Below are positions 29,523 through 37,088 of a DNA stretch of 59,747 nucleotides, piece by piece (the first letter of the stretch is position 1; each line of letters begins with the position of its first letter). The notes below the pieces were generated by a model, which saw only the letters and a list, made by a program, of their open reading frames with translations, had not been told where the DNA came from and ran no database searches. The position numbers and the translations under genes were made by a program. Source of the DNA: Paludibacter sp. UBA5753 (lineage in GTDB: Bacteria; Bacteroidota; Bacteroidia; Bacteroidales; Paludibacteraceae); contig DIFH01000149.1 in assembly GCA_002427615.1 (NCBI GenBank), forward strand, positions 7,836 to 67,582, given 5' to 3'.

Positions 29523-30433
29523 TCGTAATCATTATTATCATTATTATCATTATACTTATTATCATTATTTTAAATGTAAATAATAATTCTAATACTAAAT
29601 CATCAGACTATTCTAAGCCAATTAAGGATAATTCTATTGGAGTTGAAAAGAAATATATACATTTAGTAGATAAATATGGCATAAGTGCCAAAAGGGAAGA
29701 TAATGGTAATGTAACTTTATCAGTTGGATTTGATGAATCGGAAACAAAAAAGCCGTATTTTCTTATTTTTGACATTGAAACTACCGGACTTGCTCCGAGA
29801 ACTGATGCCACTAAGAAGAATTTTAACCGCTTTCCGCGTGTAGTTCAATTTGCCTGGATGATACTTGATAGGGAATATAAAATGGTAACTTTTAAAAATA
29901 AAATTATCAAACAATATGAGCCAATTCCATTTGAATCAACTATAATACATAATATTACCGATGAAATAGCTGCCGAAAAAGGGGAAGAAATGATGTATGT
30001 GCTAGATGAATTTTTGGAAGACCTTAATGGAATCATGTTTATTGTGGCACATAACGTTGATTTTGACTATAATGTAATCAGAAGCGAAATGTTTAGATTT
30101 AATAAAGACGAATCATTATTTAATAAATCGTGGCGTTTTTGCACCATGAAACATTCTATTTATTATTGTAAAATACCGAAATATGGAATTACATCACAGG
30201 AAGCGGCTGCAATGCTGGATTATAAATATCCCAAATTGCAGGAACTTATAAAGAAATGTTTCTTTGAAAAAGAGGAATATTTTAATATGCAAAATATGCA
30301 TGATGCAAAAACGGATGTGTTTTGGACTGCTAAATGTTTTCAAAAATTGATAGAAGATAGTGGAATAGATGTTATTGGTGGAGAAAACTTACCAGTATAT
30401 CTATTTTTAAACAATAGAACTCCCCATACTTAA
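29519..30433 (+). CDS. Membrane-anchored DEDDh 3'-5' exonuclease (DnaQ-like)
   Basis: Poly-Ile N-terminal anchor; FDIETTG, VAHNVDFD, MHDAKTDV. Confidence 0.85.
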   Translation: MIVIIIIIIIIILIIIILNVNNNSNTKSSDYSKPIKDNSIGVEKKYIHLVDKYGISAKREDNGNVTLSVGFDESETKKPYFLIFDIETTGLAPRTDATKKNFNRFPRVVQFAWMILDREYKMVTFKNKIIKQYEPIPFESTIIHNITDEIAAEKGEEMMYVLDEFLEDLNGIMFIVAHNVDFDYNVIRSEMFRFNKDESLFNKSWRFCTMKHSIYYCKIPKYGITSQEAAAMLDYKYPKLQELIKKCFFEKEEYFNMQNMHDAKTDVFWTAKCFQKLIEDSGIDVIGGENLPVYLFLNNRTPHT

Positions 30434-30434
30434 T

Positions 30435-30472
30435 AAAAAAACGCCTGACTATTAATTAGTCAGGCGTTTTTT
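30435..30472. terminator. Bidirectional terminator
   Basis: A7-CGCCTGACTA-TTAAT-TAGTCAGGCG-T6. Confidence 0.85.
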
Positions 30473-30605
30473 CTACTCTATCTTCACATTCAACTCAACT
30501 CCACAATTTGGGCATTTCAGATTGTTTTGCTGCTTTTGCTCAAATAACTCTAAGATTTCAACACCTAAGGCTTTTGCAATTTTTTCAAGTGTTTTACTAT
30601 TGCAT
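30473..30605 (-). pseudogene. Internally deleted XRE-family HTH gene (C-terminal half with CxxC)
   Basis: Reads SKTLEKIAKALGVEILELFEQKQQNNLKCPNCGVELNVKIE*; the ATG at 30605 is out of frame; not in the ORF track. Confidence 0.7.
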
Positions 30606-30801
30606 AATTAAATTATACAGTTACTACTACAACTACGTGTACAAGTAAAACTGAAAAATAATTGAAAATAATTATAATTTTTCATTGACAATCCAAAAAC
30701 TATTCCGATATTTGCAACGCAAACAACTACAAAGGTGTATTCATACACCAGCAAACGAGCTGGTTTTTTTATGTCTATACATCAAACTTATTTAAAATAT
30801 G

Positions 30802-30873
30802 GCGATGCCATATCTCGAGCCGTGTAGAGCGGTATATACCTTTGGGTTGTTTGCAGCGAGATATTGGCATCGC
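30802..30873 (+). ncRNA. Putative C4/CI-like antisense RNA
   Basis: 16-bp closing stem (30802-17/30857-73); loop segment complementary to 30719-40 and 30897-911. Confidence 0.6.
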
Positions 30874-30911
30874 TTTTTCTTTGCCATAAAACTAAATGCA
30901 AACAACCCAAA

Positions 30912-31187
30912 ATGAAAACAAAAACTTCACAATCAGGATGCGCTCCTGAGCAAGATGCATTATCAATGCGTCAGATTTTCAAGAAAAAAACAGATGTACG
31001 TTCGGTAAGTCATACCGTACTGGATGTAATTAGCGAGTTGGCTAATGGCAGTAAAAAAATTGATATGTCCATTTACCAAGGCGTTGACGAAATGGTGTAT
31101 GTGATGATTAATAAAGGCGTGGTAATAACATTACACATTCAGGAATTTGAAGATGCAACCGTAACCAATGGGAGGGCTGCCGTATGA
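30912..31187 (+). CDS. Hypothetical protein downstream of the antisense target
   Basis: ATG at 30912, in frame with track ORF 30864-31187. Confidence 0.55.
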   Translation: MKTKTSQSGCAPEQDALSMRQIFKKKTDVRSVSHTVLDVISELANGSKKIDMSIYQGVDEMVYVMINKGVVITLHIQEFEDATVTNGRAAV

Positions 31188-31453
31188 CAACAATAGATGG
31201 AATGCCTATCAGTTCGGAATTAGCGGCATTTTTGAAAAATTACTGCCCGGCAGAAAAAGGTGATGAAACTTTCCTAACGGCTGCAATTACCACTATTTCA
31301 GACATTCAGGATTTTATATGTATGAAGCTTGGAAATATGGAAGATGACGAAAAAAGAGAAGTAAGCAATTATTTGAATGACATTGTTTTGCTAAAGAAAG
31401 ATATATGTCAACTTGTGAAGTTATTACCTATTGTAAAGGAAGGAGGCCGATAA
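31184..31453 (+). CDS. Hypothetical protein
   Basis: ATGA overlap. Confidence 0.55.
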   Translation: MTTIDGMPISSELAAFLKNYCPAEKGDETFLTAAITTISDIQDFICMKLGNMEDDEKREVSNYLNDIVLLKKDICQLVKLLPIVKEGGR

Positions 31454-31725
31454 TGCTAACAGAACAACAATCAGATGAAGAACTGGACTATCGACTTATA
31501 ATATTAGCTCGCTATTGTCGCGAATTCCAACCGGCAACCAAAAAAGATGCAACGATCCGCAAAACGAGTGAAGAAATTAAACTCGACATTCGGCCTATGG
31601 CGGACTTGTCTATCAATGTAATTGCAGCTTATTTGTCAACAAATGGATATACTATCGACTTCGACGATGCCACTCCGGTGTGGCTTATGCGAAAAGATAA
31701 CGAACCGGAACTTCGCGAACACTAA
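31453..31725 (+). CDS. Hypothetical protein (winged-helix-like)
   Basis: TAATG overlap; KTSEEI...IAAYLSTNGY...PVWLM. Confidence 0.55.
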   Translation: MLTEQQSDEELDYRLIILARYCREFQPATKKDATIRKTSEEIKLDIRPMADLSINVIAAYLSTNGYTIDFDDATPVWLMRKDNEPELREH

Positions 31726-31796
31726 TTTTTCTGTCTTTTTTTCCCCTAAGCGGTTGGATTTAATTTGTATCAACAAATTATTCAACCGCTTTTTTT

Positions 31797-32891
31797 ATGC
31801 CCGAATATATACAAAGCCCAGAGGTCAACGAAATTTATTTTCAGAAGAATATCCCTGATATCATTCTGAAGAAAACAACCGACTCGAATGATTCTAAGGT
31901 GTTCACGCTGAAAGTTTCCGGTGTGTCCGTTCTTACTGAAAACTACACCTATGATGCTGAAGGTTATATTAATGTGCGTGATTTAGTCAGCATTGTAGAA
32001 AAATATTTTACTTCTGAATTATTGATTTTACCCATTACAATGATATTTGACGATGGTGTTTGGGTTGATCAAAAGGATTTTACGGTATTGAAATGTGATG
32101 TGGATATGGCGGTAAATGCAGGTTCCTGGATTGATAGAAATTTTCTGACCCGTTCACATAGCGAAAAACGGACTGCTAAGTCACGCAACGAATATCTTTC
32201 TTTTGTTCAAAAATTGGCTTTTGGTGCTGTAGCAGTCAATTATAAAGTTTATTACTTGGTTGAATCAGTCGTAACTGAAAAAACAGGAGTGATGCAAACA
32301 ATAGCAGCTTCAGCCGGCGATCAGGTCACTACTTTAAATGCTTCGCTTGTTGCGCTGGTAACAGCTGCCGAGTTGGCGCTCGATACAACTATACTTCAGT
32401 ACAATATTTGGCTAACCGGTACCGGTTTTGAAACTGCTAAATATGCCTTTCTTGTAGATAACACACCTTACAGGCACTGTAAATCATTTGTATTTGTGAA
32501 CTGTTTTGGCGTGTTGGAAACGTTCACGGCTACCGGATTGACTGTGAATGAAAAAACAAATGAATACAACCTAGGTAATATCAATAACCATTACCGCAAA
32601 ATAACACAGGACTTTGTAAGTGAGAAAACCTGTAATAGCGGCTATCTGAGCGATGTGGAAATGGAGTGGATTGATGACCTGGTGAAAAGCTACACAGTGG
32701 GATTGTACACGCCAGGTGTTAGCGGAATGACTGAAGAAATTACGCTGGTAGGTGTGGAAAAATCGGATAGCGAAGCCAACGAGCTGCAAGCATTCGCCTT
32801 TAGCTACCGTGGCGCAAAGAACAGTCATCTTGCTTTTGCCAACGCTGCTCAGGGAATATTCGACGATACGTTTGACGAAACATTTGATTAA
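31797..32891 (+). CDS. Phage structural protein (tail/baseplate-like)
   Basis: FVNCFGVLETF, IFDDTFDETFD C-terminus; late-promoter motif upstream. Confidence 0.6.
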   Translation: MPEYIQSPEVNEIYFQKNIPDIILKKTTDSNDSKVFTLKVSGVSVLTENYTYDAEGYINVRDLVSIVEKYFTSELLILPITMIFDDGVWVDQKDFTVLKCDVDMAVNAGSWIDRNFLTRSHSEKRTAKSRNEYLSFVQKLAFGAVAVNYKVYYLVESVVTEKTGVMQTIAASAGDQVTTLNASLVALVTAAELALDTTILQYNIWLTGTGFETAKYAFLVDNTPYRHCKSFVFVNCFGVLETFTATGLTVNEKTNEYNLGNINNHYRKITQDFVSEKTCNSGYLSDVEMEWIDDLVKSYTVGLYTPGVSGMTEEITLVGVEKSDSEANELQAFAFSYRGAKNSHLAFANAAQGIFDDTFDETFD

Positions 32892-32935
32892 CTCCCTAAC
32901 CTCCTAAAGGGGAAATAATAGGAAAAATAGATTTT

Positions 32936-33163
32936 ATGATACATACAAGTTTATTAAGAAAAATATTAAGGGATGGAAAACCCTTCAATTGTAAAGTATG
33001 GAAGAACACAACGGGTGAAATATTGACGTATAACAACGTGGTGTGTACTTCCTCCAATTTTGAACGTAACACGGCAAAACTGCTATTCTGCGAAAGTCGC
33101 GAAATCCGTACCGTTCGAATTATCAGCATTTTCGAAATTAATGACGAAGAAATTTATATTTGA
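32936..33163 (+). CDS. Small phage protein preceding portal
   Basis: SREIRTVRIISIFEIND. Confidence 0.6.
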   Translation: MIHTSLLRKILRDGKPFNCKVWKNTTGEILTYNNVVCTSSNFERNTAKLLFCESREIRTVRIISIFEINDEEIYI

Positions 33164-33167
33164 CAGT

Positions 33168-34529
33168 ATGACAGAAATATATGACATAAGTATCGCGCTG
33201 GATGGGCGCAAAGCATTGGAAGTGATAAATGAAGGTCGCACGGTATTCGATACCGACGATATTGTTCCAATAGTCATGTCCGATGCAAAGGGACTTCGCG
33301 GATATGTTCCCTGGGGTGATACAAATTTGCGCCCGAACGAAGTTCTTGAGCTAATCCGGAAGGATGAAGTTATGAGTTCAAATATGTATTTTAATATTTT
33401 AGCCTCCTATTCTCAGGGTTTAACCTATGCCAAAAAAGATAAAACAGAGGTGACGGATCCCGAAATTATTGATTTCTTCAAATATAATCGACCTACTAAA
33501 TATCTATTTGAGCAACAAACAGATATGAAACATTTCTTTTGGACGGTTTCGGTAATTATTTTGAGTGGAGACGGTAAAAAGATAGTGAAGCTTCGGCACA
33601 AAGATGTCATGTATTGCCGGCTTGAAACTTGCAACCCCAAAACCGGAACTTTGGAGCATGTTTTTTATGGCAACTGGGAAAAAGGTGCTCCGAAACTTGC
33701 CGATAGGGAAGACTTGGAACTGTTGGACGTGGATGATCCGCTGGGCGACCTGATGGTGCGCATGGGCAAATTGCCGAACGATGAAGGCAAAATGCAAAAG
33801 CCAACAGCAACCCGTAAGTTTGCTATGTTGAACCGAATTCCGATCACCGGAAATAAATATTATCCATTTCCTTATTATTGGTCATTCTTTAATTCCGGAT
33901 GGTACGATATTAAACAATTAATCCCTGCCGGTAAAAAGGCAAAGTTTAAAAATGGCTTAGTACTTCGCTATCAGGTAGAAATTAATGTAAAGTATTGGGA
34001 TATCCTTTGCGAACAGGAAAACATTACTGACCCTGTAAAAAAACAAGAAAGGATAAAACAGGAAAAGGAAAATATAAAGATGTTCCTATCCGGAATGGAG
34101 AATGCCGGCAAAGTTTGGTTTTCGGGGTTCTGGATCGACCCAACAGGGAAAGAGCAATCCATGGTGAAAATAAATTTGGTCAATAATATCAAAGAGGGTG
34201 GCGATTGGATTGAAGATATCGAGGAAGGTGCCTCAATGGCCTGTTATGCTCAGGGCAACCACCCGAGCATGATTGGTGCAACGCCAGGGAAAAGCTCAAG
34301 TAATATGAACGGTTCCAATATCCGTGAATTATTCACGATGAAACAAGGGTTGGAGAAAGCTCCAAAAGACATTCTGTTAGAGCCTTATTTCGTCATTAAG
34401 CATTATAATGAATGGGATATTGAATTCGATATTCCATTCATGATGCTCACTACCTTAGACAAAAAAACGGATGCCGAACCTACAAGCGACAACCAAAACA
34501 ATGATACTCAACCTGCAAAAAAGAAATAG
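33168..34529 (+). CDS. Portal protein
   Basis: ~453 aa; YVPWGDTNLRP, YYPFPYY, LSGMENAGK, HPSMIGATPGK, GSNIRELF. Confidence 0.7.
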   Translation: MTEIYDISIALDGRKALEVINEGRTVFDTDDIVPIVMSDAKGLRGYVPWGDTNLRPNEVLELIRKDEVMSSNMYFNILASYSQGLTYAKKDKTEVTDPEIIDFFKYNRPTKYLFEQQTDMKHFFWTVSVIILSGDGKKIVKLRHKDVMYCRLETCNPKTGTLEHVFYGNWEKGAPKLADREDLELLDVDDPLGDLMVRMGKLPNDEGKMQKPTATRKFAMLNRIPITGNKYYPFPYYWSFFNSGWYDIKQLIPAGKKAKFKNGLVLRYQVEINVKYWDILCEQENITDPVKKQERIKQEKENIKMFLSGMENAGKVWFSGFWIDPTGKEQSMVKINLVNNIKEGGDWIEDIEEGASMACYAQGNHPSMIGATPGKSSSNMNGSNIRELFTMKQGLEKAPKDILLEPYFVIKHYNEWDIEFDIPFMMLTTLDKKTDAEPTSDNQNNDTQPAKKK

Positions 34530-34531
34530 TC

Positions 34532-35362
34532 ATGTTAATAGCAAGTATTGAAGATTTTGTAAAATCGATTCCCACTGCTACCGGTTCAATGTGGACGGAT
34601 TTAGAACCATTCGCCAACTCGGCAAATGCAACTATTAAAGCATTATTGGTTGGTTCAGACCTGTACGATTATATCGAAGCCCTGGAAGATGGAGACGAAC
34701 TGAAAACGACACTGTGCAACCTGATTGCTTTTCAGTTGTACAAAAATGCCATTCCGTTCGTAGACCTGATACAAACTAATAATGGTTTTGCTGTTATAAA
34801 TAACACCAATCAAGCGCCGGCTAGCAAAGAACGAGTTGAGAGATTGATTCTTTGGTGTGAGCAAAGCATTGATTTGCACACCGATTTATTGATTATTCAA
34901 ATAATGAATAGTGAAGCGGCACTGGCGGAATGGACAAAATTCAAAAGCTTTAAAACGTTGACGAACTGCTTTTTCCTGACCGGAATTGATTTTGCGAGTT
35001 ACTCGAAATACAGTACTCGCAACGAATTTCTAAAACTAAAGCCTTCGATACTGGCAGCTCAGAAAAACGATCTGTCGGAAGCCCTGAGCATTGACTATGT
35101 AGCTGAATTGATTGATCAAATTCGGACGAATACGCTCACAGAACTCAACGAACAGGTAGTTGATTCATGCAAATTGGTATTGGCAAAATATGCCGAAAAA
35201 GAGGAACATGAAGCTGAGGAACTACTTACTCAGATAGTGGTAATGATGGAAAAAACACTTACCTATTATCCAACGTATGCTGCCAGTGGTGAATATGCGC
35301 TCAAAATTGCGCCAAAATATGCCAATAAACAAACGGATCCAACTTTCTTTTTCGGAATGTAA
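34532..35362 (+). CDS. DUF6712-like head-tail connector protein
   Basis: DLIQTNNGFAVINNTNQAPASKERVERL; follows portal. Confidence 0.55.
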   Translation: MLIASIEDFVKSIPTATGSMWTDLEPFANSANATIKALLVGSDLYDYIEALEDGDELKTTLCNLIAFQLYKNAIPFVDLIQTNNGFAVINNTNQAPASKERVERLILWCEQSIDLHTDLLIIQIMNSEAALAEWTKFKSFKTLTNCFFLTGIDFASYSKYSTRNEFLKLKPSILAAQKNDLSEALSIDYVAELIDQIRTNTLTELNEQVVDSCKLVLAKYAEKEEHEAEELLTQIVVMMEKTLTYYPTYAASGEYALKIAPKYANKQTDPTFFFGM

Positions 35363-35411
35363 CCTCACACATAACCCATCTCTATGTGGAGGGGAATAAG
35401 ACAAAATATAT

Positions 35412-36194
35412 ATGAACAATATAATCAACTTAACTGCCCCGCGTAATTACGCAGAAATGACCGAAAAACAAGTACGCTATGTAGCCAACTTGCAAATAAA
35501 AGGGAATAAAGAAGAATGGATTTGGACTAAATGCCTGATCAGATTCACAGGCATTAAACCCATTGGTGGAAATTCGGAAGTGTATTATTTCGCCAAAAAA
35601 CGCCTAAAGGGATTTTTCTCGATGAAAATAGAAGAAACGTATAGTTTTGCCAAAACGCTTGATTTTGTGACAAAACGATACGTTGGCATTCGCCCGATGG
35701 CTAAAATTGGTAAATACCGACCGTGCGATGAACTATTGCGTGATATTACTTTCCAGCAATATTTGGACGCTGAGAACTATTACCAGGCGTTTCTTTTTAC
35801 GAAATCGGATGCCATGCTTTGCAAGTTAATGGCTACATTATTTCGAATTCCGAAAACTGAATATAGCAACGAATTGACTTACAAGCAAATTAAACGCATG
35901 GTAAAATGTTCGGAAGCGGAAAAATTAATGGCTGTAATGTGGTTTATTGGTATTAAGGAATACTTTTCTGATAAATTCAAATACTTATTTAATCGGGTAA
36001 AAGTGGATGAAGATGATCCAAGCACTGCGCCTGATATGCTGGGTATTATTCGCAACCAGGTGCGAATGTTGACCGAGGGCGATATTACCAAAGAAGATCA
36101 GGTTCTGGCTTCGCCTGTATGGAGCGCCCTGAGTGAAATGGATGAAAAATGCAGGGAAGCAAAGGAAATGGAAGCAAGAACTAAACACTTATAA
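35412..36194 (+). CDS. Phage morphogenesis protein (possible tail chaperone)
   Basis: ITFQQYLDAENYY, QVRMLTEGDITKEDQV. Confidence 0.5.
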   Translation: MNNIINLTAPRNYAEMTEKQVRYVANLQIKGNKEEWIWTKCLIRFTGIKPIGGNSEVYYFAKKRLKGFFSMKIEETYSFAKTLDFVTKRYVGIRPMAKIGKYRPCDELLRDITFQQYLDAENYYQAFLFTKSDAMLCKLMATLFRIPKTEYSNELTYKQIKRMVKCSEAEKLMAVMWFIGIKEYFSDKFKYLFNRVKVDEDDPSTAPDMLGIIRNQVRMLTEGDITKEDQVLASPVWSALSEMDEKCREAKEMEARTKHL

Positions 36195-36197
36195 ACT

Positions 36198-36674
36198 ATG
36201 TGGAATGCAGTAACATACTTTGAAAGTTTAAATAACTCCTTAAAACTTACAAAAGGAAAATACACCTTTTGCCGGGTAACCGGTTTGAATTACCTGGAAG
36301 ATATTTTGTCGAATATAAAAGGGTCTTCCGCTTATCTTGGCGTTGACGATACCGACGATGGGGTTACCATTCAGCAAGGTGGTGGATGGTTTAATCGGCG
36401 TTCGGTAGTTGTGTATATATTGAAGAAATACGACTTCAATAATCAGATCGATCGGGAAGAAAAAACGAATGAAACCCGACTTATCCATAAAAAATTATTG
36501 GCAAAACTGATTAAGGACTCCGGTTCTGTTGATGGCTTGATGTTCCTGGATAAAACCCGATTCCCCTACCACGAAGTTCCCGGCATGTTTGCAGCTGGAA
36601 CATGTGGAATTTACTTCATTGTGACGATAAATGAGCCAACGGAACTGATATACGATGCAAGCGACTACGAATAA
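36198..36674 (+). CDS. Phage neck/tail terminator-like protein
   Basis: Size and position in the structural operon. Confidence 0.5.
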   Translation: MWNAVTYFESLNNSLKLTKGKYTFCRVTGLNYLEDILSNIKGSSAYLGVDDTDDGVTIQQGGGWFNRRSVVVYILKKYDFNNQIDREEKTNETRLIHKKLLAKLIKDSGSVDGLMFLDKTRFPYHEVPGMFAAGTCGIYFIVTINEPTELIYDASDYE

Positions 36675-37032
36675 AAATGACTACTACCGTGCGTGGGCAA
36701 AAATGATGGTCTCGATATGGCAGGATAAAATTGCACAGCTCAGGGTTCGCGATACAGGGGAGTTGTTCAGTTCGTTTGTGACTGAGGTGGTAACGCAAAG
36801 CGGTGGCGATATCGACAAAATTGTGTATTCGTACCTGTATTATGGTCGCATGGTCGATATGGGTGTCGGTCGTGGTGTCTCCATGGCGGATGCCGGTTCC
36901 GGAAGTGGACGGGAAAAAAAACCATGGTATAACAAATCGTGGTATCACTCGGTAAAAGTACTTACCGAAAAACGAGCCGAACTATACGGCGAAGATTTCC
37001 AACTGATCATTATGGAGGCACTCCACTTTTAG
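36655..37032 (+). CDS. Phage tail completion (neck) protein
   Basis: DTGELFSS, YGRMVDMGVGRG, KPWYNK. Confidence 0.55.
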   Translation: MQATTNKNDYYRAWAKMMVSIWQDKIAQLRVRDTGELFSSFVTEVVTQSGGDIDKIVYSYLYYGRMVDMGVGRGVSMADAGSGSGREKKPWYNKSWYHSVKVLTEKRAELYGEDFQLIIMEALHF

Positions 37033-37088
37033 GTGTCTTTTTTTTTGCCTACGGGTTTGAATTTCTTTGTAGAAAAAAAATAAAGGCT

